Of a stretch of 53,689 nucleotides of DNA, positions 9,266-21,100 are shown in pieces. Under the pieces are notes generated by a model. That model made no database searches and had not been told where the DNA came from. It saw only the letters and a program-made list of their open reading frames with translations. This DNA is from a virus (lineage: Duplodnaviria; Caudoviricetes). The position numbers and the translations under genes are program-made. The DNA is taken from the IMG/VR virus record IMGVR_UViG_3300029309_000059, positions 1 to 53,689 of that record; one strand, 5' to 3'. Position 1 is the first letter of the stretch. Every line of letters begins with the position of its first letter.

Positions 9266-9699
9266 TTTTTTGATTTTTCTATCGTTCTACCTGCGAAGTA
9301 TGCACCAAATGCAGTTAGCATAAGGATCTGTAACAAATCTACGTAAGAATCTTTGACGTTAAATGGCCAGTTGTCCATGCTATCCGCAAGCATCGTGAGC
9401 ATAAACATGCTCATAAGAGCAATCAATGTAACAGGTCTGATAAGCTTGGCTAACTTTACATCGCTACCCATATCTGCCTGCCATCTAGAAGTAACGTTGT
9501 TTTGAAACTGAATCTCAGCATCCACAGCAGCGTTACCCTCATCAGTATCTACGTCAGGGTCTTTTTCAATAAGATTTTTTACAATACCTAGCCCTCCGCT
9601 GTCAGGCAATAGATCCCCTACTACATTAAGTACGTTAGGTGCTTTTGACTTCAACCATTTACCAAGACCTGTGTCTTTAATCTTTTTCTTGTCTGCCAT
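9262..9699 (-). CDS. holin (GTA 3TM-holin-like)
   Basis: VTSRWQADMGSD..LAKLIRP motif, C-terminal TM segments, YFAGRTIEK end. Confidence 0.7.
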   Translation of the reverse strand: MADKKKIKDTGLGKWLKSKAPNVLNVVGDLLPDSGGLGIVKNLIEKDPDVDTDEGNAAVDAEIQFQNNVTSRWQADMGSDVKLAKLIRPVTLIALMSMFMLTMLADSMDNWPFNVKDSYVDLLQILMLTAFGAYFAGRTIEKSKK

Positions 9700-12600
9700 T
9701 ATCTTATGAATTGCTTTTTACCAATATAGATATTTCTAGTGTTTTCAACGCCAAGACCAGCCTCTTTAGATATACTGAATATCTTCTTTTTGTGAACGCC
9801 CAGTCTTTCCGCTGCATGCATAAGCTCTCTTATCTCAGCATCAACTTCTGCTAACTTTTCTGTTGCCTTTTCAGAATCGTCATATCTGAGCCTTGTAGCA
9901 TCTCTCCTTCTCTCCCTAAAGTCCCTGAGCTTGTATCCAAGCTGTTCTTCTATATCAATCCTGTAGGGCTTTAGTCCCGTGAGTTGACCAATAAGCTCTC
10001 CCCCTACGTTATCTGCCTGGACTACCTTTCTTATAGACTTTATCGTTCCTGGCTCTATAGTGCCTTGGTACATATAGTTTAAGACATCAAAAGCCTGCTG
10101 AGCAGCATCGTCTTCTGGGTTCCATATTGGGGCTCCACTTCTTTTTTTGTTGGCAGTCATGTCCAAGATTGCCGCAGTTGCTATATCCACCCCAATGAAA
10201 GGTTCTATAACCTGATAGGCACCCTTTGCCACTGCTTGACCAGCTGATTCACCTTCAGCTACAGAATTGATTATTCTATCAAAATTACCGAATGGGTCTG
10301 AGGCTGATAAGTCAACAAAAGTGATCTTCCCTTGACCAGCATCAAGAACGCATATGGCTGATTTTTTTGTCCATGGAGGGCTGAAAAGCCTTATGTCATC
10401 AAGCCTTTGTGATTCATCCTCGTCGTCGAACATCAAGCCATACAACCCCTGAAGACCCACTCCAATACCTTTTGCAAAATGGTACATTATTGCTTTCTTG
10501 ACTGCTTGATACGACAGCACCCCAATAAGTCTTTTTGCGCCAATCTTTCTTTGTTCAGGGTTTTCTGACACAACTTCTCTAACGGCGTACTCAAATGTAT
10601 TGTAGGCCACCCTGTAAGACTCGGCTTGAAACGCTACAAAGTTTCCAACCGCAGGAACCCTTCGGATAAATTTAATCGCATCAGGAACTCGGCTATATGT
10701 AGGAAAAGTATTCTTTACTATCTCAGCAACCGTGGATTCTACCTGAGACATCTCCTGTTCGTTTAACGATTCCGCAGATTTGTTAAACAAAATTTTGGCT
10801 TGTCTCTTTAGCTCCATCTCGTAGGCTACGATCTTAAAAAAGTCATCCTCGGCCTGATAAAGGTTTTCCGCACCCCTTCCAACAGCTCGTGCAGCTCTTA
10901 ATGTAAAATTCTTGATGCCCGTGGCCTCGTTATTGAGTCTGCTCTCTATAGCTTTGGACCAGTTGGCATCCTTGAACATATCCCTAATCTCACCTATTGA
11001 TGCACTTTGCTTTACAATACCCAACTCAATGTATTTATTGAGCTTGTTGTTTAATTCCTCGTTACCACTTTTTCTCAAATCGTTGTAGACAACTTGAAGA
11101 GATTTGTACATCTCAGAACCAGTTTCAAAAGGACTAAACACAAACCCATTGACATACATGAATCCCATGTTACCCAAAAGGTTTTTAGCGTGAGTACCAA
11201 GGGACAAGATGGTCTTAGAGTATTTTGTCGCACCTATAAGCCTGAAGTACGCCTGCAGGAAAGTGTTGTTTGTTTCCTTTTCAACTGCTGCTAGTTCTGC
11301 TGCAAGCTCTTTCGTGGTGTACAACCCATCAAGATCACTGTTGGTGCCTTGTATTTGAGTATCGAAGACTCCACTCCTTCCGTCAAAGAAGAACTTACCC
11401 TTACCAATCTCTATTATTTTATTTAGATACTTTTGAGCTTCTAGCGCAGCAGTCATTCTCATGACAGATTTAGCATAATTTTGCACGGGGTTGCTGTACT
11501 CACCCATGAGTGCTCTAATCTCTTTGGGGATATCCTGTCTTTGCTTAAGTATTCTAGTGTCTACCTTCTTTGTTGCCACTGATTTCGTAGTCTCTTCTGC
11601 AAAAGCTTTGGCTTGTTCTGGATCAATGTACTTGTTTACCTCAGCGTCAATCAAGGACTCATAATATTCGTCACGAGAAAGATTGTTGGGGTTTTGATTT
11701 GTTTGCCACTCTGCGTCAGCCCTATCATTAAGCGATTTACCATCGGTATCTCTATCTCTATTCCTTATAAGTCTTTTTGCGTCCTCTATGATCTTCGCGT
11801 TTTCGTCACGCGCAAGTGATTTTCTCCAAGCCTTTGGGTTGTCAAAAACTTTGTACGATCTGGTCAGGTAAGTACCGAGATTGCCCAAAAGCTTATCAGC
11901 TTCAGAAGACTTGTTAAGAATATCAGACCTCTCTTGCTTTTTGCTCTCCAGCTCTTTTTCAAGTCTTTCCCTTACTGATGGTGTATCCTTGATTCTGCGC
12001 TTGCCAAGAGCAGTTTCAAGCTCCTGTATTTCATCTGACAAGGTTTTCAGTCTAGCTCTATTTGTCTCTGCAGAATCTATATCTACAACGCCAGCGTCAA
12101 TCAACTGCACGGTGAGGGCATCAACTTGATTTCTCATTGATGTAACTATCTCTTGCATCTCTGGAGAAAGGTTGTTGATCCCTTCTCCCCCTCTCATCGC
12201 GCTGTCTAGGTTCTGATAAAAAGCATCATTGTCAAAATCAGCACTTTTGTTTTCTTGTTTTAGCTGCTGATTGAACTTGGCAATTGTTTGCTCAATGACA
12301 CTAGAGCCCTTAGCCACATTTGCTTGGCTCTGTTCTTTCTCTGCAAAAAGAGACTTTGGGAGAAACCTCCTAGCCAAAAGAACAGACCTTCTAATTCTTT
12401 CTGCCGCATTTGCTAGACCTTTACCTCTAACAAAAAGATCTTGATCCTCAAGGGACTCTTCAGTCACTGGTGTGGGGGCGGGGGCCTCTGCTTCAGTTTC
12501 TTCCTGAGTTTGTGCTTCAACATCAGAAGCGTTGGGATCGTCTTGCTCTTCAGGGTCAACTGCGACGTCAGGAACCATATCCGTCAGTCGATCTGTCTCC

Positions 12601-14774
12601 TCCTGCAATGCTGCCTCTGCTCTATCAGCATCTTCTTGAGCTCTCTGCTCAGCAGAGACAGGTTGATAATTATCTATTATATCTTCAATACGAAGCTGAA
12701 GCTCGCTTAACTGGTTAGCTTCTTTTTTGACAAGCCTAGAATCTATTGCGTTAGCTATTTTTCTTTTTAGGTCTGCTTCTTGACTTAACAGAGCATACAA
12801 CTGCTTTTGAGTTGACAAATCGGCATCCTCAGGCACACTGTTTATGATATCCGCAGTTTTATTTATGTCCTCAACTTTAGCGTCATACTGTTCCTTTGTT
12901 ATTTTACCCTCAGCCAAATCTACCTGAGCCTTTGCAATAGCCAAATCTCTGACCATAGGGGGTCTGAAAGAATTAAGACCCTGCATAAGCTCATCAGAGA
13001 ACGTAGACCTAGGATCCATTGCTCGAACAGCAGTAGGTGCGCCAATGAAAAATCCGCCAATAGCTTCGGCTGCAGATGATTTAGCAATTAACTTATAATA
13101 TTCTTTTGAAAAAAATTCAGGAGTTTTAAACTCTCCTGAGTTCTTAGAGGCGTTCCAAAGTCTTTTTGCATTGACTTCAGCAACAGCCTGAAGAGCACCT
13201 GTTTCTGCCTCGGCGAGAGAGCCAGAAGCAAGAACCAAAGTGCCTCTTGCTAGAGCAGACTGTACATCTTGTTGTACAAACTCAGTAAAGCTTTTGTTTA
13301 CAGCCCTTCTGTTCAATGCCCTGAAAGCAAGCTTTGATAATAAGCCGTCTCTGTTGATAACATTTCTAAAACCCAAATCCTCTAAAACGGCAATCACCAA
13401 GGCCAAAGGTGCTTTGTATAAATACTTCTCCTCTTCAGGTACATCCTGCCACTCTTCCCCCTGCATCTCTCTATCTGCAGCCTCCATCGCCTGGATCATT
13501 AACGCCCCTCGTGTAACAAACTTTCCACCTGGCAAGGCAAACGCTGGAATAGATCTGGCGGCACCAAACACCCCTGTTGCCACAATACTCTCTTCTTGCA
13601 ATCTCTGAATGTACTGTTCAGTCACATTTGGCGTTTGAAAAACAGAAGATACTCTTTTGCCCATTTCGGTAATATCAGCCTTTATATCTCTCTGTTGCTC
13701 AGTTAGCCTGGCTGTGGCATCTTCGTCTTCACCAATTTTGGCGATACCAAAGCCTATATCTGTTAGGATTTTAAGGCCACCACCAATAAGATCTTCATTT
13801 ATTCCGCTAATAAACGAGTTGTAAGCCCCCCCAAGAAAGTTTCCCTCATCGGCCTTTTGCTCTGCATACCTTTTAGCTTTCTTCTGTAATGAAGCACCTT
13901 CTAATGAAAGCTGACTAGCTCGTTTATTAAATGCAATAACATCGTTGTTATAGTCCTCCTGTAAGGCTTGAAACTTTATGCTTTCCTCTTCATTCATCTC
14001 AATAAGAGATGCCATCATATCTATTTCTTCTTTTTTAGATATCAAAGAGTCTTTCTGAACATTAAATTGATTTAATGATTCAATAAACTCATCATTTTCT
14101 TGTCTTAGAGCTTCGTCGTTCCTGTATACAGGGGTCGATGTTTCAAGAGTTTTTGCGATGTTGCTGATTAGTTCCTTGTCTTGAACCATGTTCTCAGACA
14201 TCCAAGCACGAATCTCTGATGCTGTTTGAATCTTTTGTTCTTCAGACTGCATACCCCTTGTGGGTCTAGCCTCTCTTGACCGAACACTTCCAGGAGCTCC
14301 GATCTCAGAAAACTGAGCCATAGAAACAGGTCTAGGGTCAAATGAGAATCGAGCTCGCTTCCCATTTGGCGCCTTTACAGACACCACGTCCTGCCCAGGC
14401 AAAGCCAACGTAGCCTCGCTGAACTCAAATCCAAAGTCATTGAAATCAGCGTTTAGCTGTTGCACAGCAGGCTCTTCTGTCAGGCCAACTGTCTGAGCGT
14501 CAACCCTTTTGAGTCTTTCTCGAAACGGCTTGTCCAACGAAAACAGCTCCGAAGAACCATCTTCCAATACGGAATCCGTATCTTTTTTTTTTACCCCCAT
14601 CAACACGCTGAAATCATCAGCACTTTTCTGATATCCAGCGTTAGAAAACATAGTATAGGCGTCACCGAGAGCCTGCTCATCTGTATTTATCAATTCGACA
14701 AACTCCTCAAATGATTTCGTATACCCCCCTTGCTGAAACAGCTTGTAAGCGTCTTGCTGTGCCTGTTCGTTCAT
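9699..14774 (-). CDS. large internal virion / DNA ejection protein
   Basis: 1691 aa, helical and Ala-rich; last of three genes after the tail nozzle, matching podovirus synteny. Confidence 0.65.
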   Translation of the reverse strand: MNEQAQQDAYKLFQQGGYTKSFEEFVELINTDEQALGDAYTMFSNAGYQKSADDFSVLMGVKKKDTDSVLEDGSSELFSLDKPFRERLKRVDAQTVGLTEEPAVQQLNADFNDFGFEFSEATLALPGQDVVSVKAPNGKRARFSFDPRPVSMAQFSEIGAPGSVRSREARPTRGMQSEEQKIQTASEIRAWMSENMVQDKELISNIAKTLETSTPVYRNDEALRQENDEFIESLNQFNVQKDSLISKKEEIDMMASLIEMNEEESIKFQALQEDYNNDVIAFNKRASQLSLEGASLQKKAKRYAEQKADEGNFLGGAYNSFISGINEDLIGGGLKILTDIGFGIAKIGEDEDATARLTEQQRDIKADITEMGKRVSSVFQTPNVTEQYIQRLQEESIVATGVFGAARSIPAFALPGGKFVTRGALMIQAMEAADREMQGEEWQDVPEEEKYLYKAPLALVIAVLEDLGFRNVINRDGLLSKLAFRALNRRAVNKSFTEFVQQDVQSALARGTLVLASGSLAEAETGALQAVAEVNAKRLWNASKNSGEFKTPEFFSKEYYKLIAKSSAAEAIGGFFIGAPTAVRAMDPRSTFSDELMQGLNSFRPPMVRDLAIAKAQVDLAEGKITKEQYDAKVEDINKTADIINSVPEDADLSTQKQLYALLSQEADLKRKIANAIDSRLVKKEANQLSELQLRIEDIIDNYQPVSAEQRAQEDADRAEAALQEETDRLTDMVPDVAVDPEEQDDPNASDVEAQTQEETEAEAPAPTPVTEESLEDQDLFVRGKGLANAAERIRRSVLLARRFLPKSLFAEKEQSQANVAKGSSVIEQTIAKFNQQLKQENKSADFDNDAFYQNLDSAMRGGEGINNLSPEMQEIVTSMRNQVDALTVQLIDAGVVDIDSAETNRARLKTLSDEIQELETALGKRRIKDTPSVRERLEKELESKKQERSDILNKSSEADKLLGNLGTYLTRSYKVFDNPKAWRKSLARDENAKIIEDAKRLIRNRDRDTDGKSLNDRADAEWQTNQNPNNLSRDEYYESLIDAEVNKYIDPEQAKAFAEETTKSVATKKVDTRILKQRQDIPKEIRALMGEYSNPVQNYAKSVMRMTAALEAQKYLNKIIEIGKGKFFFDGRSGVFDTQIQGTNSDLDGLYTTKELAAELAAVEKETNNTFLQAYFRLIGATKYSKTILSLGTHAKNLLGNMGFMYVNGFVFSPFETGSEMYKSLQVVYNDLRKSGNEELNNKLNKYIELGIVKQSASIGEIRDMFKDANWSKAIESRLNNEATGIKNFTLRAARAVGRGAENLYQAEDDFFKIVAYEMELKRQAKILFNKSAESLNEQEMSQVESTVAEIVKNTFPTYSRVPDAIKFIRRVPAVGNFVAFQAESYRVAYNTFEYAVREVVSENPEQRKIGAKRLIGVLSYQAVKKAIMYHFAKGIGVGLQGLYGLMFDDEDESQRLDDIRLFSPPWTKKSAICVLDAGQGKITFVDLSASDPFGNFDRIINSVAEGESAGQAVAKGAYQVIEPFIGVDIATAAILDMTANKKRSGAPIWNPEDDAAQQAFDVLNYMYQGTIEPGTIKSIRKVVQADNVGGELIGQLTGLKPYRIDIEEQLGYKLRDFRERRRDATRLRYDDSEKATEKLAEVDAEIRELMHAAERLGVHKKKIFSISKEAGLGVENTRNIYIGKKQFIR

Positions 14775-14794
14775 TCGTCTAAAATACTATGTTC

Positions 14795-16702
14795 TCAATA
14801 TCCTGAGGTATCAGGTGTTTGATCGTTAGGAGTTGAAGCTCCACCCGTAGCGTCGTCCGCTCGACTCATCGCTGCTGCAGCCAGGATGTCTACATCCAAG
14901 AAAACAGACTCACCGTTAGCGAGCTCAATCTTACCATACAAATCTCTCAATGCAGCGTTGATTTGCTTTATGGCAGAAGAGCCATTTGAAGTGGCGGGGT
15001 TCAGTACAACAAGAGGGATGGTTTGCCCTCCGACAGTAGAGCCCGTCTTACCCTCCTTGAGCGGTCTTATCACGTTCTTCAGAGCTATAGTTCCGTCTGG
15101 CCAGAAGGCAAAGTCAACTGGGTTGACATCTATCTTAGTGCCTGGGTTTTCTGGGTCGTCTATACGAATAGTTTTGCCCTGAGACTTGAATTCAGACAGG
15201 GTGTACTCAAAACGAGTTGGATCGTCAGGAAGCTCTACCGCAGTCGTAGTTGGGATGAGACCCATCAAGAAGTTGTAAGCCGCGACTCTATTCGATTCAA
15301 CGCTCAAATCAACATTACCTGTACTCTGTGATGTATTCTTGCTCGTAATCTTAATGACGTTTTTGAATGGATTTGGAGTAAAGACTTGTTCAACTTCAAC
15401 CTTCTCAAAGATGTTAGCGAGCGCTTCATCGTCCGCGTCCAAAGCAGCATTTTTGAGAGCAAACAGAATATCGTTAACTGTTTGTTCAGCAGTGCTTTCG
15501 TTTTGTTTTTTCAAAAATTCAGAAGGTGTAACCACACCATCGTCATTCTGAGCGTTGTTGTTTATCAACTGCTCATAGTTATTACTTCCAATATTGATAG
15601 CGTCTGAAAGTCTGGTCGGGCTCAAGTCCGCAACAGCCCTAGCCTGCCTGTCAGCTCGATTCTTTTGGTCTGCCGTCCTCGTGTCGGTAGTTCTAGTTGT
15701 TTGGGCCTGTTCGTAGCGTTCAGAGTTAAGTATAAAGACTTTTCTCCCCTCTTCGTTGAGCCTTGCTACATCAGACTCATAACCCTCTGGAGCTAACCCA
15801 GTTTGAATGTATGAGTTTTTTACTTCTGAACTTGTACCAATATCTTTAGCTAGCGTATCAAAAATCATTCTTCTAAAATCAACACCATCCTTACCTGTCC
15901 TGTCAATGTGAGTATCCCAATACGCGCCAGCATCTTCTTCATTCCATTTGCCTGTCCTAGTCTTAATCCAGTTGTAAACATCATCGGTTCTAGCAAAGTC
16001 TTCCAAGGGGATAGACTGAGCTGGCTTGACATTCGCCATGAGTATGTTTGAGCCAAGATTTATGTGAGGCATGTCGAAGATCGGTATCTCCTGCTCTGAT
16101 CTCGCTCCATTTGCCATATCAATAGGCTTTGCCACTACATTACCGTCGGTGTCTATCCTTATCGTTTTAGGGTCATATCCGCCAGTATTCAAGTAAGATA
16201 GAGTTTGTTGGGCGCCAAGGTATTCGTCATTTTGAAGCTCTAGATCTTGATCTAAATAAAAGTCTTCAGCCCCACCCTCAGCATCTCTTATCATGATGTC
16301 CATGTAGGTGTTACCTTGTCCTTTGGCAGAGGCGTTACCATATGTATCTTGATAATGCTGTTTCGCAGACTTAATCATGTTGCTCAAGTTGGCAACATCG
16401 TTTTCGTATCTACCAGGATCTCTATCGTAAGCACCGCTATCAAATGTAGATTCAATAAAATCTCGATACATGTTGATGGCGTCTCTGTGTGCGTCATACA
16501 CCTGACCTAGCTGCTCACCGTGAATATCTATGGTAGCCTGCTTTTGCTGTCTTTGCTGCTCTTGCAGTAACCTCTTGGCCAACGTTTGCTGGTCTAAAGA
16601 TCTTGTCTTAAAACCTTCAATACGTTTTTTATACTCAGCTATAGGGTCTACTGTAGAACCAGAAGAAAAAACTCCGTTCAATGACGAGTAATCAATGGCC
16701 AT
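14795..16702 (-). CDS. putative internal virion (ejection) protein
   Basis: 635 aa with Q-rich helical N-terminus; synteny. Confidence 0.55.
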   Translation of the reverse strand: MAIDYSSLNGVFSSGSTVDPIAEYKKRIEGFKTRSLDQQTLAKRLLQEQQRQQKQATIDIHGEQLGQVYDAHRDAINMYRDFIESTFDSGAYDRDPGRYENDVANLSNMIKSAKQHYQDTYGNASAKGQGNTYMDIMIRDAEGGAEDFYLDQDLELQNDEYLGAQQTLSYLNTGGYDPKTIRIDTDGNVVAKPIDMANGARSEQEIPIFDMPHINLGSNILMANVKPAQSIPLEDFARTDDVYNWIKTRTGKWNEEDAGAYWDTHIDRTGKDGVDFRRMIFDTLAKDIGTSSEVKNSYIQTGLAPEGYESDVARLNEEGRKVFILNSERYEQAQTTRTTDTRTADQKNRADRQARAVADLSPTRLSDAINIGSNNYEQLINNNAQNDDGVVTPSEFLKKQNESTAEQTVNDILFALKNAALDADDEALANIFEKVEVEQVFTPNPFKNVIKITSKNTSQSTGNVDLSVESNRVAAYNFLMGLIPTTTAVELPDDPTRFEYTLSEFKSQGKTIRIDDPENPGTKIDVNPVDFAFWPDGTIALKNVIRPLKEGKTGSTVGGQTIPLVVLNPATSNGSSAIKQINAALRDLYGKIELANGESVFLDVDILAAAAMSRADDATGGASTPNDQTPDTSGY

Positions 16703-18153
16703 CAGTCTTTGAATTGAGGTTTAGACAAAAGATTCTTCAAAAACTTCAACAGACCCTTGGGGTTGTTATCTTCTATCAGCTTCTCCATTGTATCTGCCTG
16801 CTTAGGATTGAAGACAAGCTCACCTCCAGTAAGCTCTGCCTCCTTTGTCCCGTCCTCTTCGTCGATAACCGCCTTTTTGTTGGTGTCATGGTTGAACTCA
16901 CCCTCAGTCTTGAAGCCCTCTTCCCCCATATACTTCATGCCCATAGCACCCTCTTCAGTTTCTTCAACTTCTTCAGTTTCTTCAGTTTCTGGAGCCTCCT
17001 CTGTGTCTGGAGCCTCTTCTGTGTCTGGAGCCTCTTCTTTGTCTGGAGCTTCTTCAGTTTTTGCAGCAGCTTTTTCTTCCTCTTGCCGCTTGTTATAATC
17101 CGCAATGGCTTGTTCTATGATCTTTTTCAAATTGTCATCGTCAGCAAGCACATCAAATTTCGTGTATGGAGTCTTTTTAATTCTATCCATATAGACAGAC
17201 ATAGGGTCAAGCAAGGAAGATTGACTATTTCCTCTTATAACGGCCATCATTCTGTTTAATCTATCTATAGTATTTAATTCACCACCATGCTCGTATTTTC
17301 TTATTCTGCCACCATTGGCTAAACCCGCAAGTGGGTCAAAATTTTCTTCTAGCATTACACCTCCCATACCACTTCCACCAGCAGGAGAAAGACCAAGAGT
17401 GCTTAAGTCGTTTTCATTTGGGGTAAGCATTTCCTCTGAGTCAGTGCCAGGGATGTCTTTCTTTCCAGTCAAAGCTCCAGTAAGTCCGCTTGCTGCAGTG
17501 TCCATAAGGAAGCCTGTCAAAGCTTGTCTTCTAGCACTTTGTGCAAGCCTTTGAGCATCTCTACCACGTCTAGCATTTAATTCTCCAACTCTTTCAAATG
17601 CCTGACCTCTTTCTATTTCAGCTTGCATCTGCTCATTGAAAGCATCTACATTTGATGTCTCAGTATCAGTGGCGACACGCCCTAAAGCCTTCGCTGCACT
17701 TCTGCGCTGAGTTAAACCAGCAAGAGCATCTTTTCTAGCCATATCACCCATAGCACCAGACTTTGACATAAGTGCCATTCTAACTCTAGGGTCCATAGTT
17801 CCTGTAGCAGAAGTAGCTAAAGCCTGCTCTCTAGCCTCTGCAGAAGCAGCTTCACCTGCTCGACTAAGACTGTCTTCGTATGCGTCTGTGAAATACTTAG
17901 AAAACTTCTGCCTTTTAGGTGCAAACTCAAGTTCACCCCTACGGGCTCTTTCAAGCATAGCTCTCCCTCTTCTAGCATCGGCTTGTCCTCTAGCTTCATC
18001 CATTCGTCCTTGACGCTCCATATCGGTAGCGGCACCCATCTGCTGGATCATACCAGGCAAACCTGAAATAGCAGTTAAAAGAAAAGGGGCTAAAGCATAG
18101 GAAACACCGTCAAGATGCTCAAATAAGCTTATAATAACGTTAAATACTTCCAT
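16702..18153 (-). CDS. putative internal virion (ejection/pilot) protein
   Basis: 483 aa, Ala/Gly/Arg-rich helices, hydrophobic N-terminus, ANGG..KYEHGG motifs. Confidence 0.6.
   Translation of the reverse strand: MEVFNVIISLFEHLDGVSYALAPFLLTAISGLPGMIQQMGAATDMERQGRMDEARGQADARRGRAMLERARRGELEFAPKRQKFSKYFTDAYEDSLSRAGEAASAEAREQALATSATGTMDPRVRMALMSKSGAMGDMARKDALAGLTQRRSAAKALGRVATDTETSNVDAFNEQMQAEIERGQAFERVGELNARRGRDAQRLAQSARRQALTGFLMDTAASGLTGALTGKKDIPGTDSEEMLTPNENDLSTLGLSPAGGSGMGGVMLEENFDPLAGLANGGRIRKYEHGGELNTIDRLNRMMAVIRGNSQSSLLDPMSVYMDRIKKTPYTKFDVLADDDNLKKIIEQAIADYNKRQEEEKAAAKTEEAPDKEEAPDTEEAPDTEEAPETEETEEVEETEEGAMGMKYMGEEGFKTEGEFNHDTNKKAVIDEEDGTKEAELTGGELVFNPKQADTMEKLIEDNNPKGLLKFLKNLLSKPQFKD
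16952..17058 (-). repeat. in-frame tandem repeats (18 bp x ~4 = TEEAPD; 9 bp x ~4 = TEE)
   Basis: tctggagcctc(c/t)tctgtg units visible on the + strand. Confidence 0.85.
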
Positions 18154-18158
18154 ATCGA

Positions 18159-18166
18159 CAAAGATA
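18159..18166 (-). promoter_or_regulatory. -7 element TATCTTTG
   Basis: Matches TAnnTTTG; 5 nt upstream of the ATG at 18153. Confidence 0.65.
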
Positions 18167-18182
18167 GTAATTATAAGAACAA

Positions 18183-21100
18183 TTAGGTAAACTCCGATTC
18201 TGTCACATCAACAGACACAGCTGATATTTCAAGTGCATATGGTTTTTTTCTATTAGACACAGAGGCATCTAAAATATTCCCGTTATACGTCAAATCTAAT
18301 ATGGCAAACTTATCTCTTAATTTATCTCCATAAATAGATGGATTAGATTTTACAACTAACAGTGAATTGCTTGAAACGTTAGGATGATTTTCAATGATTG
18401 CTTGTAGAACAGTGATACCTTCAATTGAAGCTATTGCTTGATATTCTTGTAGATCTAAAATAGAACTGCCAAATAAATCTACCCCATTATTTCTAGCAAT
18501 AAATCGAATTGTATTGCTGCTTAAAATCTTATGCGGGATAAGATAAATATTTTCAAACCCAAGAGAGCGTTGAAAGTCTTGAGTGCCTGTAGGAAACCTT
18601 GTATTCAGAGATACAGTTTCACTAGTAATTTTTGTTGAATCAAAAGCACTTTCATAAGAATTTAGATTGAATGCAATCTGTGATATATTGTTTTTAAACT
18701 TAATGTCTACGCATAAAGCTTCAGATCCAGCTACATCAAAATTTTCATCTACAATATTGCCTTTGACATCTGTAAACTTTCCAACAGGATCTGTAACTAC
18801 CAAACCATTTATAAGACCTATCGAAACGTACTGTGAGCTAGCTTCTATTGAAGATCTACCTATCTCTGAATATTCCGTGTCTTCGTATACTTTCCATCTA
18901 TTAATATTTGTTGACTCATTTTTTGTCGTAAGACGACAAGCCACAGAAAAATCGTGAGATGGCTCAATAGATATGGTATTAAAATTCTTGCTCTTAAATA
19001 GATCCACATTAAATACAGATCGCAATTGAGACAAAAATGCTCTATCATAAAATTTAGAAAAAGTAAGATTCGATACGTTGTGTCTGTACAAAACATCATT
19101 CGAAGTTCCTTCTGAAATCTTGTAACTAACAAAGTCTTTAGCTACATGTCCATAACAAGTGGGCAAAAAAGAATATCTAGTAATCCAACCCGTTTCAGAA
19201 GCAGCATCGTAAGCTATAGTTACTGGAGCATTATTACTTAAAAGCGCAACAGAAGGTAGGTTGACGCCTGGTGTAGTTAACTCAGGAGCTTCAGATGAAG
19301 AGTCAAAATGTGACGAGTCAGGTGTTTTGATAGTAACTAAAAATTGATCATTAACGGGGTCATAACCGCCGATGATCCTACATTTAGAGTTTCTAACTTC
19401 TTGATTACCAGACGTTATAGCACTATTTACCTGAATAAATACTTTATCAAAAAATTCAATCATATTTTGATCAGATAGAATCTTCATAGACCCTGTAGGT
19501 GATATTGAAACCACTGAAAAGCTATTCCTATCTGAAAAATAAACGTTGTCATTTGCTACCACAACCGACTCTGCATGACCAGCGGTGCCTACATCGTCAA
19601 CAAAATATCTTGGTGAACTTAAAACCCTGGCGCTACTAACCAAATCGTCTGTGCCATCAGCCTTAGTTGTCATAGACTTGGCAACTTGCAATAAAGAACA
19701 CTTAGATTCTTGCATTGATACCATCTCGTTGCCTATAGAGACTATATAGTTTATGGCACCATAGTCTATGTCCAAATCAAAGAAGTTAATATCTAATGGA
19801 GAGAAGAAAGTGTAAAAGATATTACCAGACTGTACGTTTGTCTTTTCAGAGAATGTGATAGACGCCTCGTGTCTTCTCTCTTCTGCATCAGGATTGTAGA
19901 AATGCATCTTGCCATAACCCTTAGATTGAGACCTGTATAGGTCTGTTACAGAGTTACTTTCTAGATAATAGTTAAGGAAGTTCGACTGAGATGAAGCTCC
20001 CGCTAAATCATTGTCAAACTTAATTAAGTCTTCAAATTGATTGCTATCAGAATTAAAAAGTTGGAAGTTTACAGGCAAGCCTCTGAAGAATACATCGCCA
20101 TACTCAATGACAATATTTGTGTTGGAATGCTGATACCTTCCTGCGGCAGGGTTAAAAGACACAGTCCCCCCATATGGAGTTTCGTAGTAAGCCTGAAGCT
20201 CATCAGACAGATCGTTTTTATAGCTTGTAATTTCAAACACACATCTATTTCCCCACTTGTCTGTGCCAGCCCTTATATCAAGAGCGGTAAATCCGTTTGC
20301 TTCTCTGTTGTTTCTTAGAACCACAAACGACCCTGTCCTTCTCAAAATTGGATTCTGCGTCTCTGCATTAAGATTTTCAGTGACATCTGCCTCATCAAGA
20401 AAAGGGTGCTCATCTTGATCTTTTAAAAATTCCTCTTGACCAACAACATCAAAGACCGCTACATCATCAGCCCATACCCTAGAGGTTTCATCATCGTAGT
20501 AGCTCAAAACCCTTAGCTTGTCGCCAGGTGTAAATCTATAAAGCGTAGTCTCACCAGTATCTTGATCGCGAGCCCCGTAAGCATTGCTGTAAGATATGCT
20601 TTTCCTTTGTAAGTAGTTCAGCGATACGTATATCTTATCCTCCGCGCCAGTAGGTTGATTTTCATTAATAAACGCACCACCAGAGGAATACTGAATAAAT
20701 CTGCTGATCTTAGAAGCAGGGGAGTACACTATCTTATATCTCTCTGCCCAACTTGGTGGCGGATGCAAGAGTTTTTGACGTATAGATACTGGACCTTTTG
20801 TAGCCCCTGGAAGATTTCTTTCTTCATCTGAATAGCCAGGGACGTAAACACTTTCAATAGGGAATACCGTAGAAGCCCTGCCCCTTTGGTCGTAATACAC
20901 CATTCCAAAATCATGAGTATCTCTTGTTTTAAAAGAGCCTATTGATGATCCCATAGTGCCTGTCTGAAGGATAGAACCTAAAGAGTTGAAAGGGGCAGAC
21001 TTTAAATCTTCAATACCAACCTTTCTGTCTATATTAGGTGTACTTTCATTTGCACTATAGATGCTATAAGCTGGAATGGTATCTCCTTGAAATAGATACT

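Noticed and set aside
12225-12250. SADFDND in the 1691-aa protein resembles the RNA polymerase NADFDGD/DFDID catalytic motif
   Set aside because: It sits in helical, coiled-coil-like context with no recognisable double-psi barrel motifs; probably chance. A structure prediction would settle it.
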